Shown here piece after piece: positions 55,047 through 63,610 of a stretch of 64,000 nucleotides of DNA. Position numbers and translations under genes: made by a program. The DNA comes from Candidatus Algichlamydia australiensis. GTDB lineage: Bacteria > Chlamydiota > Chlamydiia > Chlamydiales > JAJFMI01. Below the pieces are notes generated by a model. That model was given only the letters and a program-made list of their open reading frames with translations, was not told where the DNA came from and did no database searches. The stretch spans positions 284,724-348,723 of the forward strand of contig JAXCHI010000004.1 in the NCBI GenBank assembly GCA_033977065.1, given 5' to 3'. Numbering within the stretch: position 1 is the stretch's first letter; each line of letters begins with the position of its first letter.

Positions 55047-55455
55047 CTAGTACTCTGTAACAGAAAATTTTAGCATTATTTTTACGTCAAAGCCTTCGCA
55101 TAAAAATGGATCCCAAACGTGAAAAGTAAAGCGATTGTATGTGATTGAAAAAGCTGTCTAGACCTTGCAAAGTTTTCTGCAAAACAAAAAAAACAGCCGC
55201 GCAAGCGACGTGAAAGGGGCCCCTCCCGAAACAAAGTGGAGGGTGGGGAATGAACGCGCGATGCGCTCGATGGCTTCAGATTGGCTTTGAAAAATTGCGG
55301 TGCAGGAGGAAGAAGTAGTGCTTTGCACGGTTTTCCGACGAAACGCAATTTGGCATGCCAAGATGAAGCTCAAAGGGCAGCGGGGATTTGCCCGACTGTC
55401 TCTATTGGCTGTTTTTTTAAATTAAACACTAAGATTTTCTGTTACAGAGTACTAG
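55047..55455. mobile_element. 409 bp non-coding element bounded by 27 bp terminal inverted repeats (MITE-like)
   Basis: The left end ctagtactctgtaacagaaaattttag is the reverse complement of the right end ctaagattttctgttacagagtactag, with 1 mismatch. The interior holds GC-rich hairpins and a family-B repeat. There is no credible ORF. Confidence 0.65.
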
Positions 55456-55530
55456 GTTCCAAAAATAAAATCATGTTTTCGAAAATTAAAGATTGTTGAT
55501 AAGATTGAGCTGATCAAAGTGGAGGTAAGC

Positions 55531-56232
55531 ATGAAAAAGAAGATTACTGTAGCGGTACTTTCAGTACCATTTCTATTTGTCCCTCTTGCTGCGGATTCCG
55601 TACCAAGTGAAAAAAGCATGGTAGAAAACTTTTGGGAGCTTATTGGTCTTCAAACAGAGAGTTCTAAAAAGGAAGTTGGGTTGCTCATTCAAGAAATTGC
55701 TGAGCTGAGACAAAAAAATGAGAAGTTGCGCATGCGTGATGAATGGTTGCGTAATCGATTAAAAGGATTTGAAGAGGGGTCTTGTGAAGCGCTTAAAGAA
55801 AATAGGTCTCTAAAGACCCGATGTGGAGAATTAGAAATGATAAATGCAGACCTTATAAATCAATTACATAAGCAGGATCTTGAACTTAACAAATTGAATT
55901 TTATCGGTTGCGAGATAGGATCTTCTTCTGTGGAAGATATGACAGATGAAGAGCTTGAGAGGGAGTGTAAAGAGCTTAGCAAGAGAAGAAGGGCGCTTAT
56001 CGGAAAGCACAAGGAGATCTGGATAAGGCATAGGGATATCTCTAATGAGTTATTTTTAAGAGAGTGTGAAGATATGGATTTGCAAGAGGAGCGCGAAGGA
56101 ATGAAAGAGCAAATCAAGAAGCTAGAAAAGAAAATTGCAAAGAACAAAGCAGTTTATGATACGCAAGAGGCCTTGTTTAAAGGCGAGATAGAGAGTCTTC
56201 AATCAAAGCTTCAGGAGGAAGAGACGCAGTAA
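55531..56232 (+). CDS. Secreted coiled-coil protein
   Basis: The RBS ggagg is present. The signal peptide is MKKKITVAVLSVPFLFVPLAA. The rest is E/K/L-rich with heptad character. Confidence 0.65.
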   Translation: MKKKITVAVLSVPFLFVPLAADSVPSEKSMVENFWELIGLQTESSKKEVGLLIQEIAELRQKNEKLRMRDEWLRNRLKGFEEGSCEALKENRSLKTRCGELEMINADLINQLHKQDLELNKLNFIGCEIGSSSVEDMTDEELERECKELSKRRRALIGKHKEIWIRHRDISNELFLRECEDMDLQEEREGMKEQIKKLEKKIAKNKAVYDTQEALFKGEIESLQSKLQEEETQ

Positions 56233-56234
56233 AC

Positions 56235-57314
56235 TTATCTCACAAATTGAAAACTTGAGTTTTCTAAACATATTTTAGTTAATGCGCTTAACTGGTTTTC
56301 GAATGTATACGATTTCACTGTATTACGGATCTTTTTGGCGCGCTCTTCTGTTTTAGGACGGGTAAGAGCTTTCTGTAGGGCTGCGAGAAGAGAGTCTTGT
56401 GAAGTGAGGTCCTCAATAATAATCCCTGTTTCTGGAGTGAGGACTTCATGACCACCATTGGTTTTTGACGTTACGACAGTAAGGCCCATAGCGAGGGCTT
56501 CGACGGTGGTATTGGCGAAGGGGTCGTAGAGTGTGGGAAGAACGAGGCAGTCAGCTTTTTGGTAGAAGGTTTGGATGTCAACACGTTTTCCAAAAAATTG
56601 GACTTGGTTTTGAATTTTTAACTTTTCTGCGAGTTGTAGGTAGTGAGTGAGGTTGCGATCATAGCCAACAACTGAGAGTTGCCAATCTTTTTGGGAGAGG
56701 TGGGCAAGTGCGAGCAGAAGCAGGTCAAGACCTTTGCGTTTAAAGCCAGAACCCACAAAGAGAAAATGAAACTTTTCATTGGATTTATAGGAGGGAGTCA
56801 GCTCGTTCCACTCAACTCCGTTGTAGATTACACTGATTTTTTCCTCAGGAATACTGTAGTGCTGCAAAATCTCTTGTTTGACCATTTGTGAGTTTGTAAT
56901 GAGTCTTTTCAAGCGGGGATTTTCAAACGATTTTTTCTCAAGATCTAGTAGTAGACGATGGAGAGGGTTAAGAGGAAAGGTAAGGGTTTTGTAGAGGGGC
57001 TCAAAGCGTTTACGATGATTCAAATAGGCGGCATGGCAGCCGTTGCCTGCACGAATATGGGTTGCCATGCGAATGCGGTCCATTGTGAAGATGCAGTTGT
57101 AGCTGCTTCGGGCAAGATGGTCACTGCAGGCGCGGTCAAAATTTTTGATATTTTGGAATGAGAGAGGTTTTCTTTTAAGGTGCAGACTATCTGCTGTAAT
57201 GAGGGTAACACGGCAGCCTGCGTCTTCAAAAGCTCTCTTGATTCGCCGCGCTTGCTTTTCTAATCCTCCTGCAAAACCAAAAGAGGTTTTAATCAGTGCA
57301 ACAGAGGTCTTCAT
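56235..57314 (-). CDS. Glycosyltransferase, GT-B fold (family 4/1, LPS-core type)
   Basis: 359 aa with FLFVGSGFKRKG and EALAMGLTVVTSKTNGGHEV. Confidence 0.8.
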   Translation of the reverse strand: MKTSVALIKTSFGFAGGLEKQARRIKRAFEDAGCRVTLITADSLHLKRKPLSFQNIKNFDRACSDHLARSSYNCIFTMDRIRMATHIRAGNGCHAAYLNHRKRFEPLYKTLTFPLNPLHRLLLDLEKKSFENPRLKRLITNSQMVKQEILQHYSIPEEKISVIYNGVEWNELTPSYKSNEKFHFLFVGSGFKRKGLDLLLLALAHLSQKDWQLSVVGYDRNLTHYLQLAEKLKIQNQVQFFGKRVDIQTFYQKADCLVLPTLYDPFANTTVEALAMGLTVVTSKTNGGHEVLTPETGIIIEDLTSQDSLLAALQKALTRPKTEERAKKIRNTVKSYTFENQLSALTKICLENSSFQFVR

Positions 57315-58548
57315 GAGCTTCGTTAATCGTAATCATTTTTTCGTGTTGGTAGATGTCGAGTTCAAATTTTGAGCTGTCAGCTCGGTAGAGCTGGAAGCGG
57401 TTCATGTAGCTGCGAAAGCGATTGCGTAGATACTCCTCGCGCATTTTAGGGTTAGCAAAGCCACCCTTGTCCTGCATGCTATTTCCCATGGCCAGCGTAA
57501 TGTAGCGGTTTTCTAGTTCACGCGGGTTGATGAATTGTACACTCCAATCAAAGCTATTGTGGTGGCCGGGACCAACAATCACGGTAATTTCAAGGTGGTT
57601 TTGTACAGTTTGTAAAAAGAGTTCGCTAACCCCTTTTGTATACAAATCTTCTTTGATCAGTTTTACCCCATTGACCTCTTTCACAAGTGGAGATGTTGCA
57701 AGTTGTAATTTCCCTTTTTTCAAGGTACGTGCAGAGCGCAGGGGGTAATAGAGATTGATCTGAATAGGTGCTTTTACAGGAAGGAGTTCGGTGCGTATGA
57801 AGTCGATGTGTAGAGCTTCATTTTTTTTGTCAGCAATATCAATAGGGGCAGCTGAGACATCAGGAAGGTAGATCTGTTTCCAGTGTTGAGGTATGTCAAA
57901 GGAGATAACGTCAGTCTGGCCATTATGTTCGCTCACTTTTAGCTCATCGAGCTCACCATGAGTGATATCCCCTAAGTTAAAGGTAAGCTTTACACCGCGC
58001 GATTTGTAGCGTGAAATGATATCTTCAGGTCCGCGCAACATAACATGGGCGCGATAGGGCCAAACATCAACAAATTGGTATCCTTTCGGAGAATCTCCCT
58101 TTGGCTCTGTAATGACTACCGGAATTTTTTCACGGATAAGCCTCTTTGGTTTCAGGGCAAGTGTAACGGGGTTTACGCGCTTGATTCCTGTGAGGTTGGA
58201 GTTGGGATCAGTTGCTACAACATTTTTTTTATTGATTTTTTCAATCCACTCAGAAGTATGGCCATGCCCATCAATAAGAATTTCTAGATCTTGCTCGCTG
58301 ATTTTGTCTAAAAGTATCCTGTTACCAGTGATATTTAGATCTAATCGACGAGAGAGTACACCTCCAGTATTCATTCCTTCGACTGTGATACCTTCAGGCA
58401 AGTTGACAATGCGAACACCAACATTGTGAAGCATTTTTGTTTTCGTTAGCGATTGGTTTACCACGAACCAAACAATAACTGCGAGAATAAGGGAGAGGAT
58501 CTTTCTCTGCCAATTAGCGATAAAAATCTTATTACACAACTCTTTCAT
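57289..58548 (-). CDS. YbbR-domain protein (CdaR-like regulator of diadenylate cyclase)
   Basis: 419 aa with the N-terminal anchor RKILSLILAVIVWFVV and repeated beta-rich YbbR-like modules. It is translationally coupled downstream of cdaA. Confidence 0.7.
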   Translation of the reverse strand: MKELCNKIFIANWQRKILSLILAVIVWFVVNQSLTKTKMLHNVGVRIVNLPEGITVEGMNTGGVLSRRLDLNITGNRILLDKISEQDLEILIDGHGHTSEWIEKINKKNVVATDPNSNLTGIKRVNPVTLALKPKRLIREKIPVVITEPKGDSPKGYQFVDVWPYRAHVMLRGPEDIISRYKSRGVKLTFNLGDITHGELDELKVSEHNGQTDVISFDIPQHWKQIYLPDVSAAPIDIADKKNEALHIDFIRTELLPVKAPIQINLYYPLRSARTLKKGKLQLATSPLVKEVNGVKLIKEDLYTKGVSELFLQTVQNHLEITVIVGPGHHNSFDWSVQFINPRELENRYITLAMGNSMQDKGGFANPKMREEYLRNRFRSYMNRFQLYRADSSKFELDIYQHEKMITINEAHEDLCCTD

Positions 58549-59342
58549 CTGTTGAGGAGTGCCTTGAGTTTAAAAGTTGCTTTTGTTTTTGGTTTGACCG
58601 GAGGATTGAATACGCTTCGTATAATTCCGCTAAAACGATCAATTTTTACACCGCGGGTCATAATGCCGTCACGCGCAATGGAGACTTTTCCTGTCTCTTC
58701 AGAGATTACGATAACAAGAGCATCACTAATTTGGCTAATACCAAGACCTGCTCTATGACGCGTTCCCATCAAACGCGAGAGGTGTCCAATATCTTCTGCA
58801 AGTGGGAGGATTACAGCGGCAGCAACAATAGAGAGATCGCGTACGATGATCGCTCCATCATGTAAGGGGGTTGTCGTTTTGAAGATGGATTCAACTAATT
58901 CTGATGAGAAGGTCGCATTGAGCATCACGGCTTTTTGTGCGTATTCATCTAAAGTATCTTCATTTTCAATAACAATAATCGCACCAATGCGTTTGTCTGC
59001 CATGCGATAGGTTGAAGTAGCAAGCTGGTCTAAAAAACGGTCAAACTCTGTGATCTCTTTGTAACGTTTCCCTTTGAGACTTAAGCGAGATAGCGCAACG
59101 CGCAGTTCGGGCTGAAAAATAATGAGTATGGCGATAACGGCAACACTAGAGACGTTGATCATGAGTTGATGAAGAACAGGGAAATTCAATAGAGAAGAGA
59201 AAGCATAGACACTTAAGAACGCAAAAAGACCGAGAATAAGGTCCATCGATCTTGTATTCCAAAAGAAAGAGAGGATGTAGTTGATCATGACTGCAATGAT
59301 CAGGATTTCGATGAATGGAGTAATGTGGGTGTAGAAATACAT
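58545..59342 (-). CDS. cdaA: Diadenylate cyclase CdaA/DacA
   Basis: 265 aa with three N-terminal TM helices, LHDGAIIVRD, and GTRHRAGLGIS. Confidence 0.9.
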   Translation of the reverse strand: MYFYTHITPFIEILIIAVMINYILSFFWNTRSMDLILGLFAFLSVYAFSSLLNFPVLHQLMINVSSVAVIAILIIFQPELRVALSRLSLKGKRYKEITEFDRFLDQLATSTYRMADKRIGAIIVIENEDTLDEYAQKAVMLNATFSSELVESIFKTTTPLHDGAIIVRDLSIVAAAVILPLAEDIGHLSRLMGTRHRAGLGISQISDALVIVISEETGKVSIARDGIMTRGVKIDRFSGIIRSVFNPPVKPKTKATFKLKALLNR

Positions 59343-59418
59343 CTTAATTCGATCTTACATGAAGCTGTAAAAAAAAACATCATTTGTGCATGATGGAAAA
59401 AAAATTTTGGTACTACTA

Positions 59419-60786
59419 ATGGACGTTGTAATTCTAGCTCGAATTCAATTTGCGATGACGATCGCATTTCACTATCTTTTCCCCCCATTAAGCATTGGCC
59501 TCTCATTAATGCTTGTCATCATGGAAGGGCTCTATCTCAAAACAAAGAATCCTCTTTATAAACGGATGACCCAATTCTGGATGCGCATCTTTGCTATCTC
59601 TTTTGCGCTCGGAGTTGCGACAGGAATTGTCATGAGTTTTTCTTTTGGAACAAACTGGGCTCGCTATTCGCGTTTTGTTGGAGATGTCTTTGGAAGCGCC
59701 TTGGCAGCAGAGGGAGTTTTCGCCTTTTTTTTAGAGGCTGGATTTATTGGTCTAATGCTTTTTGGTTGGAACCGTGTGAAGCCAGGAGTGCACTACTTTT
59801 CGACAATTATGGTCAGTCTGGGGGCACATTTTAGCGCCGTTTGGATCGTGATTGCTAACTCTTGGATGCAAACACCCGCTGGATTCAAAATTGTGGGTGA
59901 AGGACTCGATGCAAAAGCGATCATCACAGACTTTTGGGCGATGGTCTTCAACCCCTCTTCTATGGAGCGGCTCTTCCACGTAATTATGGGTTGTTGGCTT
60001 ACAGGAAGTTTTATTATTGTCTCTGTCGCTGCTTACTATATTATCAAAAGGCGCCATCTTGACTTTTCTCGGGCTACAATGAAAATTGGGTTAATTACAG
60101 GGATGGCCGGACTTTTGTTACAGCTCTATTCTGGAGATCAGACGGCTCGCGGTGTAGCAAAGAACCAGCCAGAGAAGCTCGCAACTCTTGAAGGTGTTTT
60201 TAAAACAGAAGAGTACACCCCATTTAATCTGATAGGGTGGGTCGATATGACGAAGAAGAAAGTTTATGGAATTAGTGTTCCTGGTGGCTTAAGCTTCCTT
60301 GTCTACCATAAATTTAAGCCAGCTGTTCCAGGACTTGATAATTTCCCAGAAAAGGATTGGCCTAATGTACCGGTGGTATTTCAAACTTATCATATTATGA
60401 TCATGATGTGGGGAGCGATGTTTTTACTCGCAATGCTTGGCATCATTTATTGGAGAAGAGGGACCCTTTGGAATTCTAAGTGGACGTTGCGCGCTATGGT
60501 ACTCTCTATTGGTGCCCCTTATATCGCCAATCAGGCGGGTTGGTTTACAGCAGAGATGGGTCGCCAACCATGGATTGTTTACCACCTACTCCGTACAGCT
60601 GAAGGAGTTTCAAAATCTGTTGCTAGCAATCAAATTTTGGGATCGATCCTTATGTTTATTGTGATCTATTCGTTTCTTTTTGCCCTTTTTATCTACCTCA
60701 TGGACCACAAAATTAAAAAAGGTCCTGATGAAGAGGGAGCTGATGAAAAATTGTATTCTGATCCGATTCTAGAAGGAGGAAACTGA
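59419..60786 (+). CDS. cydA: Cytochrome bd ubiquinol oxidase subunit I
   Basis: Motifs LARIQFAMTIAFHYLFPPLSIG and GWFTAEMGRQPW. I prefer ATG 59419 to the GTG at 59386. Confidence 0.92.
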   Translation: MDVVILARIQFAMTIAFHYLFPPLSIGLSLMLVIMEGLYLKTKNPLYKRMTQFWMRIFAISFALGVATGIVMSFSFGTNWARYSRFVGDVFGSALAAEGVFAFFLEAGFIGLMLFGWNRVKPGVHYFSTIMVSLGAHFSAVWIVIANSWMQTPAGFKIVGEGLDAKAIITDFWAMVFNPSSMERLFHVIMGCWLTGSFIIVSVAAYYIIKRRHLDFSRATMKIGLITGMAGLLLQLYSGDQTARGVAKNQPEKLATLEGVFKTEEYTPFNLIGWVDMTKKKVYGISVPGGLSFLVYHKFKPAVPGLDNFPEKDWPNVPVVFQTYHIMIMMWGAMFLLAMLGIIYWRRGTLWNSKWTLRAMVLSIGAPYIANQAGWFTAEMGRQPWIVYHLLRTAEGVSKSVASNQILGSILMFIVIYSFLFALFIYLMDHKIKKGPDEEGADEKLYSDPILEGGN

Positions 60787-61814
60787 TGAGCTTAGAACTC
60801 TTACAAAATCTTTGGTATTTAGTGCTCTGTGGAGCTGTGGTGTTGTACACAATTTTGGACGGTTTTGATATGGGAGTAGGTGCTCTCTATCTCTTTCCAA
60901 AGGCTGATCGAGATCGCCGAATTTTTTTGAATGCGATTGGCCCTGTTTGGGATGGCAATGAAGTCTGGCTTGTCATTGTAGGGGGAGGTCTCTTCGCTGG
61001 ATTCCCCGCAGTCTACGCTTCAGTCTTTTCTGGCTTCTACAACCTTCTTATGCTCTTTCTAGCGGGTATTATTTTTCGCGCAGTGGCGATTGAGTTTCGA
61101 TCTAAACACATCTCTAAACGTTGGCGTAGCATGTGGGACTACTTCTTTAGTTTTTCGAGCATCGTTATCGCTTTTGGACTAGGAGTTGTTCTCGGAAATC
61201 TGATTCTTGGAGTGCCTCTCGATAGTAATGGGGACTTTATTCAGGAATTTGGATACATTGTGCGCCCATACGCAATCTTAGTGGGTGTTTTCTCAGTTGC
61301 TCTCTTTACCATGCATGGTGGCATCTACCTTTTAATGAAAACAGAAGATGAACTGCACGAGCGCCTGCGCTCATGGATGCGTTACATTATTCCCGTGTTT
61401 TTTATTTTGTACCTTGCTGTCTCTTTCATGACCTGGATTGAAGTGCCTTCGATGGTACAACCGATGTTTGACCATCCCTACCTTTTTGCTGTACCTACTT
61501 TGACACTACTTCTTTTTGCTAACGTTTGCCGACAAGTGTACAAGCGCAATGATGGCTGGGCCTTTCTCTCCTCATCTGGAGCGATTGCGACCTTTTTTGC
61601 TCTTTATGGGATTGGAAATTATCCTGTCATCATTCGCTCAACTGTCGACCCAGTAAACAATAGTTTGACAGTTTTTAACGCCTCTTCATCAATCGAGACG
61701 TTAAAAGTGATTATGATTGTGGTGCTCATTGGCTTGCCTCTTGTCTTTGCTTACGGCATTTGGGTGTACAAGATTTTTAGAGGGAAGGTTAAGCTTGACG
61801 CCAACAGCTATTAG
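60786..61814 (+). CDS. cydB: Cytochrome bd ubiquinol oxidase subunit II
   Basis: 342 aa with YTILDGFDMGVG and GPVWDGNEVWL. Its start overlaps the cydA stop. Confidence 0.92.
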   Translation: MSLELLQNLWYLVLCGAVVLYTILDGFDMGVGALYLFPKADRDRRIFLNAIGPVWDGNEVWLVIVGGGLFAGFPAVYASVFSGFYNLLMLFLAGIIFRAVAIEFRSKHISKRWRSMWDYFFSFSSIVIAFGLGVVLGNLILGVPLDSNGDFIQEFGYIVRPYAILVGVFSVALFTMHGGIYLLMKTEDELHERLRSWMRYIIPVFFILYLAVSFMTWIEVPSMVQPMFDHPYLFAVPTLTLLLFANVCRQVYKRNDGWAFLSSSGAIATFFALYGIGNYPVIIRSTVDPVNNSLTVFNASSSIETLKVIMIVVLIGLPLVFAYGIWVYKIFRGKVKLDANSY

Positions 61815-61838
61815 AAAAAAGTTATTTGGACTCACCTT

Positions 61839-61928
61839 GACATGCCAAATAGCGTTTCAGAGGAAGGCCGTGCAGAGCACTGCTCCTTCCTCTTGCACCG
61901 CAATTTTTCTAGTAGTCAATCTGAGCCC
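61839..61928. repeat. Family-B repeat, copy 2 (inverted relative to 55271-55360)
   Basis: The reverse complement gggctcagattgactactagaaaaattgcggtgcaagaggaaggagcagtgctctgcacggccttcctctgaaacgctatttggcatgtc aligns with 55271-55360 at roughly 80% identity by eye. Confidence 0.75.
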
Positions 61929-61973
61929 ACTAGTCGCTTTACGTAGAGAGGATTTTTTTGAAAATTATAGGGA

Positions 61974-62417
61974 CTATTTCGTTGGATCGTGAACTGTAAG
62001 CAGTTTACCTTTTCCATATTCGAGTATTTTATTGTCACATGTTACTAAGGCTGCGTTTTGTTCTTGGGCTGAAGCCATAAGTATTCTATCAACAGGATCA
62101 CCGTGAACTTCTCCGGCTAGGCGCGTGCTTTGTATGGCAATTTTTGGAGTTAGCTCACAAATGTTAATTCCAGCTGAATCTAACGCCTGGTCAACCCATT
62201 CCATAGGGTCCATATCTAAGCTGAGTCTTTTTTTCTCGACGAGCATGCCTATCTCCCAGACAGACATAGGAGAAACAAGTACTCTTTGCTCTAATAAAGC
62301 AACTTTTAAGCTATCCCGAAAATGTTTTTTAAGCATGGAGTGTCCTGTCATTGTCCAAATTAAAATGTGGGTATCCAAAATAATTTTATTTTTTTTGATT
62401 TCTTTAATTACTGGCAT
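61974..62417 (-). CDS. vapC: Type II toxin, PIN-domain VapC family
   Basis: IILDTHILIW (a PIN acidic residue near the N-terminus) and DRILMASAQEQNAALVTCD are present. ATG 62417 overlaps the antitoxin stop by 14 nt. Confidence 0.85.
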   Translation of the reverse strand: MPVIKEIKKNKIILDTHILIWTMTGHSMLKKHFRDSLKVALLEQRVLVSPMSVWEIGMLVEKKRLSLDMDPMEWVDQALDSAGINICELTPKIAIQSTRLAGEVHGDPVDRILMASAQEQNAALVTCDNKILEYGKGKLLTVHDPTK

Positions 62418-62634
62418 CCCACACCTCATCAATTGGATTAATGATATCGCCATGATAATGGACCGTTCCCTTCAGTTTGCCAAATATTTCTTCTTCTTTT
62501 TCGTCGATTGGCCCGATTTGAGCTATCGGCACGTTTCGTTTTGTAATCACAATTTTTCTACGAGTGCGGCTAACTCTATCCATCACCTTTAAGCATTCTG
62601 CTTTAAATTTGCCTGCTGGCATTTTTTCTGACAT
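62404..62634 (-). CDS. Type II antitoxin, Phd/YefM-like
   Basis: 76 aa. The N-terminal FKAECLKVMDRVSRTRRKIVITKRNVPIAQI pattern is typical of this family. It lies immediately upstream of vapC. Confidence 0.8.
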   Translation of the reverse strand: MSEKMPAGKFKAECLKVMDRVSRTRRKIVITKRNVPIAQIGPIDEKEEEIFGKLKGTVHYHGDIINPIDEVWDASN

Positions 62635-62657
62635 AATATAAACCTTTTTTAAAGACT

Positions 62658-62679
62658 ATGGTCATAATACCATGGTCAT
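62658..62679 (-). promoter_or_regulatory. Candidate operator/promoter of the TA operon
   Basis: A direct repeat of ATGGTCAT sits at 62658-62665 and 62672-62679 around the palindrome accatggt. On the minus strand it overlaps a TTGATT, ~18 nt spacer, TATTAT promoter. Confidence 0.5.
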
Positions 62680-62949
62680 GAATAAAAAATCAAATTTTTA
62701 AAACTCACTAATTATCAAAACCTTAAATGTTAAGGAAGGTTTGAATAACTGCTGTACTGATAGCATGAGGCGAAAATTCTAAAAAAAAGTTATTTGGAGA
62801 CCGTAAATGACTGGATATAGTTATTAGAGGTTGAAAATAATCTTTTCTAGGATTTTTCGGCCGTAAGATCTACGGATGAGTTGTTTAGACCTTTCTTAAA
62901 GTGGAAATTGTTGTAGAAAAACTGTTTTGTTTAAAAGAGGTTATTCAAT

Positions 62950-63001
62950 ACTCAAGTTGCTACCCAACTTATCCAGAAGGGGAAGGGGTAGTAACTTAAG
63001 T
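62950..63001. repeat. Family-C hairpin repeat (short copy)
   Basis: actcaagttgctaccc, loop aacttatccagaaggggaag, gggtagtaacttaagt. The loop motif tccagaagggga is the same as at 49905-49925. Confidence 0.75.
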
Positions 63002-63020
63002 TGGGTAATGATTTCATAAT

Positions 63021-63254
63021 TTAAAAAAAGTGCAAAGCTCCATAGAAAATACGGGCAGCTAAAAGAACAAAAAACACACTTACAACCCTTCGCACAGAAA
63101 AGAAGGGTGAGAGTTTTTTAAAATCAAAAAGCTGGATGCTTAAACACAAAAAAATGGACGATAGCAACAGCCTAAAAAAGAGCACAAGGACCATACCCGG
63201 AATACTTACTAGAAAACCTCCAAACAATTTCTTTTCCTCTTCAACCTTTTGCAA
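63021..63254 (-). CDS. Possible small membrane protein
   Basis: 77 aa with two hydrophobic helices. It overlaps the upstream small ORF by 14 nt. Coding status is uncertain. Confidence 0.35.
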   Translation of the reverse strand: MQKVEEEKKLFGGFLVSIPGMVLVLFFRLLLSSIFLCLSIQLFDFKKLSPFFSVRRVVSVFFVLLAARIFYGALHFF

Positions 63255-63495
63255 AAATAGCGCACAATGTTTGACAAACTAGCACGGCAAGGGGAGATAC
63301 ATCTGGGTTTTCATTGCACTTATTCATGCAGTCAACAAAAGTCACAGCTTCTGCTCCGTTAATCATAGAAGTCGCAGCAATTGTGATAGCTGGAACAGCA
63401 TAAGTTCCTACGTTTTTAATTACTTGATCTTTTGAAACAGCCGGAACGTAACTTCCTGCTCTTTGCACATAACCTGATAGGGCGTCAAAACTCAT
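63241..63495 (-). CDS. Small hypothetical Cys-containing protein
   Basis: 84 aa starting at ATG 63495, which has a strong RBS (caggaggttcgaa-ATG). It contains a hydrophobic stretch, AVPAITIAATSMI, and 4 Cys in the C-terminal half. Confidence 0.5.
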   Translation of the reverse strand: MSFDALSGYVQRAGSYVPAVSKDQVIKNVGTYAVPAITIAATSMINGAEAVTFVDCMNKCNENPDVSPLAVLVCQTLCAIFAKG

Positions 63496-63610
63496 TTCGA
63501 ACCTCCTGTTTTTTCCTTTTAAACGAAAATGTACAAAAAATACCACAAACAGTCAAGTGATTTTAATTGAATCTTGATCTGCAGTCATAAAAATACATTC
63601 ACGATCATGT

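Noticed and set aside
55100-55430. Possible tmRNA, RNase P RNA or 6S RNA in the structured GC-rich core
   Set aside because: I could not find the tRNA-like acceptor/T-arm ends or a tag ORF (tmRNA), nor the conserved RNase P motifs (GGAAAGUCCGG, ACAGAAA). Part of the core is a dispersed repeat, which argues against a single-copy housekeeping RNA. A cmscan would be needed to be sure.
55082-55499. Three overlapping ORFs (88, 71 and 72 aa) in the lpxL-like / coiled-coil intergenic region
   Set aside because: They lie inside the TIR-bounded element and the family-B repeat, overlap each other on both strands, and lack an RBS. The similarity to the ORF at 61717-61992 comes from the DNA repeat, not from a protein family.
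61717-61992. A 91 aa ORF spanning the cydB 3' end and downstream repeat
   Set aside because: It is out of frame with cydB over its first part and then runs through the family-B repeat. It has no independent start signals.
5761-63010. CRISPR array among the repeated intergenic elements
   Set aside because: The repeats belong to several unrelated families, are palindromic, and lie kilobases apart rather than being regularly spaced by 25-40 nt. No cas genes are present.
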